Positions 9,115-19,109 of a DNA stretch of 64,000 nucleotides are shown in pieces. Numbering within the stretch: the first letter of the stretch is position 1; each line of letters begins with the position of its first letter. The notes below the pieces were generated by a model. The model was not told the DNA's origin and made no database searches. It saw only the letters and a program-made list of their open reading frames with translations. Origin of the DNA: Candidatus Sumerlaeia bacterium (lineage in GTDB: Bacteria > Sumerlaeota > Sumerlaeia > SLMS01 > JANRJK01); assembly GCA_033764015.1 (NCBI GenBank), contig JANRJK010000039.1, positions 25,187-89,186 of the forward strand, given 5' to 3'. The translations under genes and the position numbers were made by a program.

Positions 9115-9167
9115 CATCACCGGGAACACCAACGCTTCGACCACCCCGCCGACGGAGGCGCCCCCCG

Positions 9168-12100
9168 GTGACGACGCCGCCGCAATCGCACGACCCCTCC
9201 GAAGAGTTCGCCAACCTAGGCGGCCTGCCCGCCGAGGCCACGGCCTCCTACCTTGGTCCGCCCTCGGCGGTAGCCCGGGAATCCGCGACGCTTGGCACCG
9301 TGTCGTTGTGGGCGGTGCCGTCGGCGGCGGGCGAATTCGCCGCTCTCGCGCCGACGGAGGCCGCCGCTCCGATGTACCGCCTGAAGCGTATCGTCGGCCG
9401 CGGCGGCATGGGCGAAGTGTGGGAGGCGGAGCAGGTCAGCCTCCGCCGCAGCGTCGCCGTGAAGCGCGCGCAACTCCCCGCCGGCTCGGGCGCCGACGAT
9501 CCCCGCCTCGCGGAGTTCCAGCGCGAAGCGCTCATCTCCGCCCGACTCGAGCACCCGAACATCGTCCCGGTCCACGACCTCGGCAAGGACGAGGCGGGCC
9601 GACCGCTGCTCGCGATGAAGCTCGTCGAGGGCCGCGGCTGGGACCGCGCGCTCCGCGAGGAATTCGGCTCGCTCTCAGCCAGCGAGTTCCTCGCGAAGCA
9701 CCTCCCGATCTTGATCGACGTGGCCCAGGCGGTCGCCTTCGCCCACGACCGCGGCGTGCTCCACCGCGACCTCAAGCCCTCGCAGGTGATGCTCGGCGCC
9801 TACGGCGAAGTGATGCTGATGGATTGGGGCCTCGCCATGTACGTCGGCGACGCGCCGGACCCGGACCTCGCCCGGAGCCTCCCCACGCGCGCGACCGCCA
9901 GCTCGCCCTCCGGCACCCCCGCCCTCATGGCGCCGGAGCAAACCGACCGCGACACCTCGCGCACCGGCACGTGGACCGACGTCTATCTGCTCGGGGGCAC
10001 CCTTTACTACCTGCTGACGGGCACTTTCCCGCACGATGCGCCGACCGCCGCGATCGCCATGGCGAAGGCGCGCTCTGGAGTCGTCGCCCCCCCGCGCGGG
10101 CGCGCACCGCAACGCGACGTCCCGGCGGACCTCGAAGCGCTTTGCATGGAGTCGCTCCTGCCGGACCCCGCCGCGCGGCTCGCCTCGGCCAAGGAGTTCG
10201 CTTCGCGGCTCGGGGACCATCTCAGCGGAGCCACCCGGCGGCGGGAGTCCCAATCGCTCGGGAGGGTTGTCGCCGAAGCTCCGCTCGAGTCCTCGCGCGG
10301 CTACCGTGCGTTCGTTGAAGCCCAGTCGCAGCTCGCCCGCGCCCGGGCGCTCTGGTTCGACAACCCGGAACTTGATCAGCTCGAAGAGCGCGTCGCGGTC
10401 GCCTACGCGGAGGCGGCGCTCAGCCGGCGCGACCTCGTCCTCGCGAACGAACAGGCGGAACGGCTCCCCCCCGGAGCCGCGCGGAGCGCGCTCGCCCGCC
10501 GGGTGGACGCCGCGATCGCCGCCGCGCGCCGCCGCGAGCTCCAGCGCCGCGCGTCCATCGCCGCGGTCCTCGTGCTGGCGGTCGTCTCGACCGCGCTGGC
10601 CGTCTGGAGCGACGGCCTTCGCCGCGACGCCGAGCGCGCCCGCGCCCGCGCGGACGAGCAGTTCCAGGCCGCCGAGGCGGCCCGCGCCGCCGCCTCCCGC
10701 GAGCGCGACGCCGCCGACGCCGCGCGCCTCCGCGCCCAGGACTCCCGCGACCGGGCCGAGGGACTCATCAACTTCATGCTCTCCGACCTGCGGACCGGAC
10801 TCGCAGAGGTCGGGCGCATCGACCTCCTCGAGTCCGTCGCGGCCCGGGCGGTCGGATTCTTCGAGGAGAATCCGGTGGCCCCCGAGGACCCCCTCCGGGC
10901 CCAGGCGACGCGCGCGCTGGCGCTGGGATCCCTTGCGATCGTCCTTTACGACCAAGGGAAGTTCGAGGAGGCCGACGCCGCCGCCGCCGCCGCCGTGGAG
11001 GCCGGCCGGCCACCAGCAGCGCAGGCCGGGAGTCCCGAGGACGTGGCGCCCCTGCTCGCCGCGCTCGATGTGCGGGTTCGGATTTCCCAGGAACGCGTCG
11101 GCGTCGAGGAGTGGAGGGCGCGCCTCGATGCGTTCGAGGATGCGGCGGCCAGCCTTCCCGCTGACCTGGTGCGCGCCTCCACGGCCTACCCGCGGCTGGC
11201 CATGGTGCCTCGCGCGCGCGCCGCCCTTCGCCTTTTCGCGGGCGACACTTCGGGTTCCCTCGATATCGCCTCCGCGGCTTTCGCTGAATGGGACGCGCGC
11301 CTCGACGGGGACCCCGCGCTCGGGGTCCCCGAGTACTATGTCAATCTCGCGGAGCTCGCCGTCGCCGCCGGCGACAGCAGGCTGCTCGCGAGCGAGCCGG
11401 ACTCCGCAGCCGGGTGGTACCGCCGCGCCGCAGGGATCATCGACGAAGGAATCGCGCGCCATCCCCGCTCCACATCGCTCATCTATTCCTCCACGGTTTC
11501 CGGAGCCCGCCTAGGGTATACCCTGCAGGACTTCCTGGGGCGGACCGACGAAGCGCTCGAGGTGAACTCACGGATCGCGGAGGTGAACCGCCGCCTCGTC
11601 GAACTGGCGCCAACCAACGCGCAGTACCACGACAGCCATGCTGTCCAGCTGGTGCTCGTCGGATACGGACTCCAGTCCCTCGGACGGAACACCGAAGCGC
11701 TAGAGTCGTTCCGCGGCGCAGTCGCCGCCCAGCGTGAGGCGCTCCGGTTCTCCCCCGACACCGCGCCGGCCAAGTGGTTCCGCCTCGCGGACCGCCTGTC
11801 GAACCTCGGCCAGCACGCCGTCGCCGTGGGGCGCGGGGAGGAGGCGCTCGCGTGCATCGCGGAACTCGACGCCATCGAGGACCGCGTCCGCGGCACCGAC
11901 GTCTGGGACGCGGCGCTCGGCCAGGCCTTCACCCAGTCGCAGGTCTTCCACTTCGCCCTGACCCGCATCTCGCTCGCCACTGTGCGCAACCAGGAGGGGA
12001 GCCACCGCGAGGCGCTCGCGCTCCTCGAACCGGTGCTGCGCAACCTCGGCGGCGATCCGCCTCCGATCGGTTTCGTCTACCCGCAATTCATCCATGTGGT

Positions 12101-12539
12101 CCGGCTGCGCAACGAAGCCGCGCGGGCGTGCTCCGCCCTCGGCGACCCTGCCCGGGCGGCGGCCCTGGTCCAGGGCGCCTTGGCCATCTCGAACGCGCAC
12201 ACCGCGTCGGAATCGCGCGCCGGCCTGCCGAACGAACGGGCTCTTCAGGAGGCGCTCGGCCACGAGTCCGTCTCGCACCTCCTGGCCGCCCAAGCCGCCG
12301 CCCTGCGAGGCGATCGTGCCGCCATGGAGCAATCCCTCGCGGAGGCCCTCCGACTCGCGCCGCTCGGGCTGCCGGCTTGGGGAGCCCTCTCGCCCCACGA
12401 GCGCGCCTTCGAGGCCGCCGCGATCCGGGGCGACCGGGCGGCTGCTCTGTCTGCGCTCGAACAACTTGGCGGCGCGGAATCGCTCAACGCATGGCAACGC
12501 TCGCTCGCGCCGGCGGCATGGGGTTTGGCGGGGGAGTAG
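9168..12539 (+). CDS. Hanks-type Ser/Thr protein kinase with TM segment and C-terminal TPR-like region
   Basis: GRGGMGEV, VAVK, LEHPNIVPVHD, HRDLKPSQ, DWG, GTPALMAPEQ, DVYLLG. TM IAAVLVLAVVSTALAVW. GTG start with GGAGG RBS. Confidence 0.88.
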   Translation: MTTPPQSHDPSEEFANLGGLPAEATASYLGPPSAVARESATLGTVSLWAVPSAAGEFAALAPTEAAAPMYRLKRIVGRGGMGEVWEAEQVSLRRSVAVKRAQLPAGSGADDPRLAEFQREALISARLEHPNIVPVHDLGKDEAGRPLLAMKLVEGRGWDRALREEFGSLSASEFLAKHLPILIDVAQAVAFAHDRGVLHRDLKPSQVMLGAYGEVMLMDWGLAMYVGDAPDPDLARSLPTRATASSPSGTPALMAPEQTDRDTSRTGTWTDVYLLGGTLYYLLTGTFPHDAPTAAIAMAKARSGVVAPPRGRAPQRDVPADLEALCMESLLPDPAARLASAKEFASRLGDHLSGATRRRESQSLGRVVAEAPLESSRGYRAFVEAQSQLARARALWFDNPELDQLEERVAVAYAEAALSRRDLVLANEQAERLPPGAARSALARRVDAAIAAARRRELQRRASIAAVLVLAVVSTALAVWSDGLRRDAERARARADEQFQAAEAARAAASRERDAADAARLRAQDSRDRAEGLINFMLSDLRTGLAEVGRIDLLESVAARAVGFFEENPVAPEDPLRAQATRALALGSLAIVLYDQGKFEEADAAAAAAVEAGRPPAAQAGSPEDVAPLLAALDVRVRISQERVGVEEWRARLDAFEDAAASLPADLVRASTAYPRLAMVPRARAALRLFAGDTSGSLDIASAAFAEWDARLDGDPALGVPEYYVNLAELAVAAGDSRLLASEPDSAAGWYRRAAGIIDEGIARHPRSTSLIYSSTVSGARLGYTLQDFLGRTDEALEVNSRIAEVNRRLVELAPTNAQYHDSHAVQLVLVGYGLQSLGRNTEALESFRGAVAAQREALRFSPDTAPAKWFRLADRLSNLGQHAVAVGRGEEALACIAELDAIEDRVRGTDVWDAALGQAFTQSQVFHFALTRISLATVRNQEGSHREALALLEPVLRNLGGDPPPIGFVYPQFIHVVRLRNEAARACSALGDPARAAALVQGALAISNAHTASESRAGLPNERALQEALGHESVSHLLAAQAAALRGDRAAMEQSLAEALRLAPLGLPAWGALSPHERAFEAAAIRGDRAAALSALEQLGGAESLNAWQRSLAPAAWGLAGE

Positions 12540-12542
12540 CGC

Positions 12543-13694
12543 CTACCCGCGCTTGCCGCCCGCGAGCAGCCCGCGCACGGGGCGTGTCGCGAGGCGCGCC
12601 GCGATGGTGCGCTGTGCCCGCGCCTCGTCCTCCGGCGCCAGGAAGTCGATCCGCGCCGCCGCGACCAGCACCGACTCCGGCACCCGGTTCGGATCGTCCA
12701 GTTTCACCGCGTCCTTCTCGGTGATCGCGATGAAGTCCGCCCCGAGCCGCTTGCGGCTCGCGTCCAGCTTGCGAAGCTCCTTCGCCGTCAGCCCCTCGTG
12801 GTCCGCGAGGTAGCGCGCCGCCATCACGCGCATTCCCGCGCCTTCGAGCGTCTGGCGGAACGAGCGCGGATTGGCGAGCCCGCAGGCCAGGACCACCTTG
12901 CGGCCGCGCAGCTCCTCCGCGGTGATCTCCGCCGTCTCGTGGAACAACCGCCCCGAGACCAAGCCCACATCGGTGCGGACTAGCGGGAGGCCCGGGTGTT
13001 CGCGCTTCAGCCAGCGCAGCAGCCGCCTCGCCTCGTCGCCCGCCTGGTGCATGCGCGTGGCGACGACCAGGTGGGCGTTGCGCAGCGCGCCGAGCGGCTC
13101 GCGGAGCGTGCCCCGCGGGAAGAGCTGCAACTCCTCGAGCGGCCGAGTCGCGTCCAGCAGCACGATGTCGCAGTCGCGCGCCATCGCGAGGTGCTGGAAT
13201 CCGTCGTCGAGCACGAGCGAATCGACCGCGAGGCGCTTGACCGCGAGGCGCGCCGCGCGCGAGCGGTCCGCGCACGCGACGATCGGAGTGTCGCCCAGCA
13301 GCCGCGCCAACAGCACCGGCTCGTCGCCCGCGGTCCGCGTCGTCGCCTTCAGGTACTTGCCGTCGTGGACGATCGTGAGCTGCGACTCGTCCTCGCGGCC
13401 GTAGCCCCGCGTGAGGATCGCGGGGCGCTTGCCGGTCGATTGCATCCAGCGCGTGAGCCAGACGCAGAACGGGGTCTTGCCGGTGCCGCCGAGCGTCAGG
13501 TTGCCGACACTGACGACGGGCACCGGGGCGCGGTGGCGCTCCCGGATGCCGGTGTCGTAGAGGAGGCGGTTCGCCGCGGCGCCGGCGCCGTAGGCCAGAC
13601 CGAGCGGCGCGAGGACGCGCTGCAGCGCCAGCTCCGCGGGCGAGTGCGGGCGGCCGTCGTCCGCCAGGCGGAGGAACTGCTCGCGGAGGCCCAT
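12543..13694 (-). CDS. lpxK: Tetraacyldisaccharide 4'-kinase
   Basis: VSVGNLTLGGTGKTP, LTRGYG, GDEP, LDDGFQH, PRGTLREP, ITEKDAVK. Confidence 0.95.
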   Translation of the reverse strand: MGLREQFLRLADDGRPHSPAELALQRVLAPLGLAYGAGAAANRLLYDTGIRERHRAPVPVVSVGNLTLGGTGKTPFCVWLTRWMQSTGKRPAILTRGYGREDESQLTIVHDGKYLKATTRTAGDEPVLLARLLGDTPIVACADRSRAARLAVKRLAVDSLVLDDGFQHLAMARDCDIVLLDATRPLEELQLFPRGTLREPLGALRNAHLVVATRMHQAGDEARRLLRWLKREHPGLPLVRTDVGLVSGRLFHETAEITAEELRGRKVVLACGLANPRSFRQTLEGAGMRVMAARYLADHEGLTAKELRKLDASRKRLGADFIAITEKDAVKLDDPNRVPESVLVAAARIDFLAPEDEARAQRTIAARLATRPVRGLLAGGKRG

Positions 13695-14425
13695 CAGCCC
13701 TTACCCCCTTCCAGCAGGTCGTGCCGGCGCAGGAAGCTGTAGGCGTTGGCGGCGCGGTGCGCGGCGCGGGCGTAGCCCTGCGGCAGCGCCGCCGAAGGCG
13801 GCGCGACCTCCGAGGGCGCCGTCGCGAGGTCGGCCACCACCTGCGCCATCGCCTTCTGGCTGCGTCCGAACCCCATGTCCACCGCGCACGCGGAGCTTTC
13901 CTCGAGCGTGTCGAGGAAGTGCCGCAGTGTCGCGTCGCTCCGGTTCATCATCGCGGGGAAATCGAACATGGCCGTGTCCAGCCGCGGCGTCACCGGCGAG
14001 GACTTGCGCACCAGGTCTACCCATCGCGTCAGCGTGCCGTCGACGCGCTCGACCTCCATCAGCACCAGCGCGGCGATGTCGTTCCAGGGGCAGAAGATCG
14101 GCTGGCCGGCGAAGTCGGTCAGCGCCATGCCCCCGCCGCCGTGGCGGGCGTCCTTCACCCAGATGAAGAGGTGCCCGCGGAGCGCGCCGTCGGAGACCAC
14201 GAATGCTCGCGCGCCGAAGGCCTCGAGCTGCTGCTTGAGGCCCTCCGCGTTCGCCACCTTCGCGAACCGCCGCAGGACCGTGTAGCCGGGCGACTTGAAC
14301 AGGCCGGGGACGTTCGCCTCCTCCTCTTGGAGCAGGCGCGCCACGGGGCGCGCGGGCAGTTCCAGCTCCGGCGGCTGCGGCGGCAGGATCAGGTAGTAGG
14401 TTTGCTGCGGTGCCGGTGCGGCCAT
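13694..14425 (-). CDS. Hypothetical protein (243 aa)
   Basis: Protein-like composition from MAAPAPQQTYYLIL. Stop overlaps the lpxK start by 1 bp, suggesting translational coupling. Confidence 0.7.
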   Translation of the reverse strand: MAAPAPQQTYYLILPPQPPELELPARPVARLLQEEEANVPGLFKSPGYTVLRRFAKVANAEGLKQQLEAFGARAFVVSDGALRGHLFIWVKDARHGGGGMALTDFAGQPIFCPWNDIAALVLMEVERVDGTLTRWVDLVRKSSPVTPRLDTAMFDFPAMMNRSDATLRHFLDTLEESSACAVDMGFGRSQKAMAQVVADLATAPSEVAPPSAALPQGYARAAHRAANAYSFLRRHDLLEGGKG

Positions 14426-14493
14426 TGCGCGAGCCTCGCTGCGGTGCGTGATGCGACCACGCAACGCCCCCGTGCAACGCGGGGCAAGGGCCG

Positions 14494-15648
14494 CTACCGC
14501 GCGGCCGCGGCGAACAGCGCCTCGACGAACGCGAGCGGCTCGAAGTCCCGCAGGTCGTCGATCCCCTCGCCGACCCCCACGAGCGTAACCGGGATGTCGA
14601 AGCGGTCGCGCAGCGTCACCAGCACGCCGCCCTTCGCGGTCCCGTCCAGCTTTGTCATCACAATGCCCGTGATCGGCACCGACTTCGAGAACTCCGCCAC
14701 CTGGTTGACGGCGTTCTGCCCCGTCGTCGCGTCGATCACGATCAGCGTCTCGTGGGGCGCGGCGGGAATCTGCTTCTTGATCACGCGGGAGACCTTCTCG
14801 AGCTCCGCCATCAGGTTGCTCTTGGTGTGCAGACGCCCCGCGGTGTCGATCAGCACCACATCGCAGGCCCGCACCGAGGGCCGCTGGAGCGCGTCGAAGA
14901 CCAGCGAGCCGGCGTCCGCTCCGTGCGGCGCCTTGACGATCTCCGCGCCGGACCGCGCCGCCCACACGTCGAGCTGCTCCACCGCCGCCGCCCGGAACGT
15001 GTCGCCGGCCACCAGCGCCACCTTGAGCCCCTCGTCCGCGAAGCGCTTCGCCATCTTGCCGATCGTCGTCGTCTTCCCGACGCCGTTCACCCCGACGACC
15101 ATGACGACGTAGGGCGGCGCGACGCCGCGGGGATCGACCGACCGTCCGCGGCGCAGGAACACGCGCGCGATCTCGTCCTTCACCGCGGCCATCACCGCGT
15201 CGCGGCCCTCGATGCGCTCGCGCCGCGCCCGCTCCCGCAGGCGCGAGACGATCTTGCCCGTCGTCTCCATCGATACGTCGCTCTGGATGAGCACCTCTTC
15301 GATCGTGTCGAGGGTTTCCGAGTCCAGCTTGGCGCCGATGCCGAGGACGCTGCGCAGGCGCCCGGTGAGCGAACTCGAAGCCTTGCCGAGCCTCTCCGTC
15401 AGCCGCGCGAACCACCCGCCTCCCGGCTCTTCCGGCATCGGCTCGGCGCCGACCTTCTTGCCGCCGCCGAACAGGCCGCGCAGCAAGCCACGCTTCGCTT
15501 CCGGCGCCGGCTCCGCAGGGGAGGGAGCCGGGTCAGCGGCCGCCGGGGCGCCCTGCTCCTTCTTCCACTCGACGACGCGGCTGAAGAACCCCGGCCGCAA
15601 CTCGCGCTCCGTCGGCTGCTCCTGCGCTTCCCGCGGTTCCTCGGACAT
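14494..15648 (-). CDS. ftsY: Signal recognition particle receptor FtsY
   Basis: GVNGVGKTTTIGK, DTFRAAAVEQL, DTAGRLHT, DATTGQNA, TKLDGTAKGG, GVGEGIDDL. Confidence 0.97.
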   Translation of the reverse strand: MSEEPREAQEQPTERELRPGFFSRVVEWKKEQGAPAAADPAPSPAEPAPEAKRGLLRGLFGGGKKVGAEPMPEEPGGGWFARLTERLGKASSSLTGRLRSVLGIGAKLDSETLDTIEEVLIQSDVSMETTGKIVSRLRERARRERIEGRDAVMAAVKDEIARVFLRRGRSVDPRGVAPPYVVMVVGVNGVGKTTTIGKMAKRFADEGLKVALVAGDTFRAAAVEQLDVWAARSGAEIVKAPHGADAGSLVFDALQRPSVRACDVVLIDTAGRLHTKSNLMAELEKVSRVIKKQIPAAPHETLIVIDATTGQNAVNQVAEFSKSVPITGIVMTKLDGTAKGGVLVTLRDRFDIPVTLVGVGEGIDDLRDFEPLAFVEALFAAAAR

Positions 15649-15652
15649 CCGG

Positions 15653-16381
15653 TCAGCCCCGCCCTTCGACGAGCGCCACCATGTCGCGCACCGCGCGGTC
15701 CATCCCGGCGAACACGGCGCGGCCCACGATCGCGTGGCCGATGTTCAGCTCGTTCATTCCCTCGATCCGCGCCACGGGGACCACGTTGCGGTAGTTGAGC
15801 CCGTGCCCGGCGTTCACCACGAGGCCGAGCGCCCGCGCCTCCGAGCACGCCCGCTCCAGCCTCGCGAACTCCTCCGCCGCGCCGGCGGGGGAGTGGTCGT
15901 AGAGTTCGCAATAGCGTCCCGTGTGGAACTCCACGTGCGTCGCGCCGAGCGCGGCGGACGCCCGGATATGCTCGCTATCCGGATCGATGAACATGCTCAC
16001 GGCGACGCCCAGCGCCCGGAGCGCCGCGGTCCCCCCAGCGAGCGCGGGACCGGCGCCGGCGACGTCGAGGCCCCCCTCGGTGGTGACCTCCTCCCGGCGT
16101 TCCGGCACGTAGGTCACTTGGTGCGGGCGCAGGCGGGACGCGATGGCCAGCATCTCGGCCGTGCAGGCCATCTCCATGTTGAGGAGCCCCTTCACCGTGG
16201 CCTTCAACAGCTCGGCGTCCCGGTCCGTGATGTGGCGGCGGTCCTCGCGGAGGTGGAAGGTGATGCCGCATGCGCCGGCGAGTTCGCAAAGCGCCGCCGC
16301 GTGCACCGGATCCGGCTCGGTGATGCGGCGCGCGTTGCGGACCGTCGCGACGTGGTCGATGTTGACGCAGAGCTTCGCCAT
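15653..16381 (-). CDS. pdxJ: Pyridoxine 5'-phosphate synthase
   Basis: [59 protein letters not shown]. Confidence 0.97.
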   Translation of the reverse strand: MAKLCVNIDHVATVRNARRITEPDPVHAAALCELAGACGITFHLREDRRHITDRDAELLKATVKGLLNMEMACTAEMLAIASRLRPHQVTYVPERREEVTTEGGLDVAGAGPALAGGTAALRALGVAVSMFIDPDSEHIRASAALGATHVEFHTGRYCELYDHSPAGAAEEFARLERACSEARALGLVVNAGHGLNYRNVVPVARIEGMNELNIGHAIVGRAVFAGMDRAVRDMVALVEGRG

Positions 16382-16390
16382 GGGCGTGTG

Positions 16391-17467
16391 CTACTCCAGT
16401 TCTCTCGGATCAGGCCCCGGAGTCCGGGAAGCCTCGATGGAGACGCGGACCGTCCGCGGCGAGTTCTCCACCTGCAGGGACGCGCCGGCGCGGGCCTCCT
16501 CGCGGACAGTCACGCGCACCGGCACCTCCTGGGTGCTCCCCGCCTCCTCAAGCACATCCGAGACCGTTGCGAAGAGATCCTCCGGGCCGAGCGCGGCGAC
16601 CACGCTCCGCGGGCCCGAGACCGTCACGGAGACGTTCGCGGGGAAGACCGTCGCGTCCAGCCCCGCGAGCACCGGCGTGTACGGCACCGGCACTCCGGTG
16701 AAGGTCCGCGACGTGCTCGATTCGATCAGCTCGACGGTGACCGACACGCTTTGCGGCGAAACCGCCGGCAGCGGCTTGATCCCCTCGTTGACCGGGTACT
16801 CCACCCGCACCCGCTCCTCCACAAGCCGGGTGCGCCCTTCGAGGGACACCTGCTCCGTGCGCAGGACCGGCGCGACATCCTCACCGCTCGCGAGGCGCTG
16901 CTCGACCCGCTCCGTGATGGCGGCGCGGACCTTCGGGGGTTCGACCACCATCGTATCGAGCGACGCCTCGTACCCCTCCGCCGGGGAGCCGGTCACCAGC
17001 GGCGCCACATCGAACTCCCAGATCCGGTAGCGCGCGTACCAGACGATGCGCTTCACGTCCCGGAGTCCGGTCGGCATCATCCCCTCCGGCGGGGTGAAGC
17101 CCGGCTTCGGCACCACGTCCGCCACGGTGATCGCCTCCGAGTCCTCGCGCTGCAGGTCCGAATTGGGGTCCGGCCGAACGCGCGAGCCACGGACCTCGAC
17201 CCGCCAGTCGGCCGGCGACAGCAGCCGCTCCGCGACGTTCGGAAAGGTGAAGACCACCGGCACGGTCCGCGTGGCGTCGTCCAGGTCGAATTCGATCGTT
17301 TCGTCCAGCCCCACGACGACCACCGGGATGTTGAGCGTGGTCGTCGAGGTGTCCTGGTTCTTGACGATGAACCAGACGAGGATGCCGAGGAGGAGCGAGG
17401 CCGCGGCGGTGCCGAGCCATCCCCCCCGCTCGGCGCCGGCGGCGCGCTCAGCGCCCTGCTTCGCCAT
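16391..17467 (-). CDS. cdaR: CdaR/YbbR-like diadenylate cyclase regulator
   Basis: N-terminal TM (SLLLGILVWFIV), repeated YbbR-like units (V.P..V.V.GP, G.PAEGY). Overlaps the 3' end of cdaA. Confidence 0.75.
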   Translation of the reverse strand: MAKQGAERAAGAERGGWLGTAAASLLLGILVWFIVKNQDTSTTTLNIPVVVVGLDETIEFDLDDATRTVPVVFTFPNVAERLLSPADWRVEVRGSRVRPDPNSDLQREDSEAITVADVVPKPGFTPPEGMMPTGLRDVKRIVWYARYRIWEFDVAPLVTGSPAEGYEASLDTMVVEPPKVRAAITERVEQRLASGEDVAPVLRTEQVSLEGRTRLVEERVRVEYPVNEGIKPLPAVSPQSVSVTVELIESSTSRTFTGVPVPYTPVLAGLDATVFPANVSVTVSGPRSVVAALGPEDLFATVSDVLEEAGSTQEVPVRVTVREEARAGASLQVENSPRTVRVSIEASRTPGPDPRELE

Positions 17468-18251
17468 CGTCGTCCTCCTCGTCGAGGTCGAAGAGCGCCT
17501 TCAGCTTGCTGCGGAGCGACTCCGCGGTCTCCGGGCGCTCGATGCGCCCGTCGCGCGCCAGCGAAATCACGCCGGTCTCCTCCGAGCACACCAGCACCAC
17601 GGCGTCCGTCTCCTCTGCGAGGCCCAACGCCGCGCGGTGCCGCGTGCCGAGGTCCTTGGGGATCGACGTCGACTCGGACAGCGGCAGCAGGCACCCCGCC
17701 GCGAAGACCCGGTTGTTGCGGATGATCACCGCGCCGTCGTGCAGCGGCGTGTAGAGGGCGAAAATCGTGCGGAGCAGCTCCACGGAAACCGCCGCGTCGA
17801 GCTCCGTCCCGGTCTCCGCGTAGGAGCGGAGCGAGTCGTCGCGCTGGATGGCGATCAGCGCGCCGGTCTTCTTCTCGGCGAGCCGGGTGGCGGCGACGAT
17901 GATGTCCTCGATCGCCGTCGTCCGTTGCGCGAAGAAGCTCCGGAAGAGCGGACGGCGCCCGAGGTCCGTGAGTCCGCGCTTGATCTCGTTCTGGAAGCAG
18001 ATGAGGAACACGAGGATCAGCACGATCCAGAGGTTCTCGAACAGGCGCACCGTGGCGGAGAGGCCGAGCTGCTGGGCGACCGTGTAGAGGAGGAATCCGC
18101 CGAGCGTCGAGATGACGAGACCCCGCAGCGCCAGCGGCGACCGGCTCTCGCGGATCACACTAAGCAGCAGGAAGAACGCGAACGACACCAGGAGGATGTC
18201 GATCGCGTCGCTCCAAGTCAGCGCGCCGAGGGTGGGGAACAGGTCGTCCAT
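17448..18251 (-). CDS. cdaA: Membrane-bound diadenylate cyclase CdaA/DacA
   Basis: Three TMs, FQNEIKRGL, GALIAI, catalytic LHDGAVII and GTRHRAALG, SEETG. Confidence 0.95.
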   Translation of the reverse strand: MDDLFPTLGALTWSDAIDILLVSFAFFLLLSVIRESRSPLALRGLVISTLGGFLLYTVAQQLGLSATVRLFENLWIVLILVFLICFQNEIKRGLTDLGRRPLFRSFFAQRTTAIEDIIVAATRLAEKKTGALIAIQRDDSLRSYAETGTELDAAVSVELLRTIFALYTPLHDGAVIIRNNRVFAAGCLLPLSESTSIPKDLGTRHRAALGLAEETDAVVLVCSEETGVISLARDGRIERPETAESLRSKLKALFDLDEEDDDGEAGR

Positions 18252-18311
18252 GGAGAGCAAGCTAGCGGAGGCGCGACGCGCCGCGGCAAGCGCCAAGGCG
18301 CCCCAAACAGC

Positions 18312-18340
18312 GCGGGCGGGCCCTCGATGGGCCCGCCCGC
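18312..18340 (-). terminator. GC-rich hairpin, probable terminator or attenuator between the helical-protein pair and cdaA
   Basis: Perfect 12-bp stem GCGGGCGGGCCC-tcgat-GGGCCCGCCCGC, followed on the minus strand by only a weak U tract (gctgttt). Confidence 0.5.
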
Positions 18341-18377
18341 CATGGGTTCGGAAAGGGGGGAGCCCCCGGTGCCGCGG

Positions 18378-19094
18378 TTACTCGTCCCCGAGCGGGATCT
18401 GCAACTGCTCCATGCGCGGCGAGCGGAGGCTGATCTCCTTCAGCGCGACGATCAGGTGGTGCTCCACCCGGTCGGAGGAGTCGCGGAACTCTCCGCGCTG
18501 CAGGCGCTCCATGCGGGCGGCGACGCCGTCCAGCACTTCGCCGTAGGCCTCGATCTCCGGGGCCACCTGCGGATCGGCGACCTGCACCGTGATCAGGTCG
18601 TAGATGAAGTTGGCGAAGGCCTCGCGGCCGTTCTCCGTCGCCAGCGTGGCGGCGAGCGCTTCGATGTCCGCCTTGTGCTCGTCGATCGCGGTGTCGACCA
18701 GCGCTTCGATCCGCGCCTGGAGGTAGTCCGCCTCGGCGTCCATGCGCCGGTCGATCTCCTTCATCAGCTCCTGGCGGCCCTCGGGAATGAAGGCGACCAG
18801 CTCGTCGACGCTCTCGTTGATGAGTTCCGGACCGCGGGTGCGGATCTCCGCGACCGCCGCGCGGCGTATGGCGGGGATCTGCCGCTCGATGGCCTGCGTG
18901 GCCATGAGCACCAGCGACTCCTTGTTGGTCATTTCGATCACCATCGACCGGAGCCAGGTGAGATAGCCCGAGAAGATCACGATCAGCACGACGTAGGCGG
19001 CGATCGTGATGGTCTTCGCCGAGCTGGCGGATTCGATCTGCTGGTTCAGTTTCTTCTCGAGCGAATCGAGGGACTGCTGGGTGTTGTCAGCCAT
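18378..19094 (-). CDS. Hypothetical single-TM, acidic alpha-helical protein
   Basis: Short N-terminal helix, TM (IAAYVVLIVIFSGYLTW), long amphipathic helical region, GGAGG RBS. Confidence 0.75.
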   Translation of the reverse strand: MADNTQQSLDSLEKKLNQQIESASSAKTITIAAYVVLIVIFSGYLTWLRSMVIEMTNKESLVLMATQAIERQIPAIRRAAVAEIRTRGPELINESVDELVAFIPEGRQELMKEIDRRMDAEADYLQARIEALVDTAIDEHKADIEALAATLATENGREAFANFIYDLITVQVADPQVAPEIEAYGEVLDGVAARMERLQRGEFRDSSDRVEHHLIVALKEISLRSPRMEQLQIPLGDE

Positions 19095-19109
19095 TTCTCT
19101 GGGCCTCCG

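Noticed and set aside
8604-9167. N-terminal extension of the kinase ORF across plsY
   Set aside because: Off-frame read-through of plsY. The GGAGG RBS plus GTG at 9168 is the better start.
10600-11000. GCC-rich repetitive stretches in the kinase gene (also in the ftsK linker)
   Set aside because: They encode Ala/Arg/Pro-rich helices or linkers and reflect codon bias, not DNA repeat elements.
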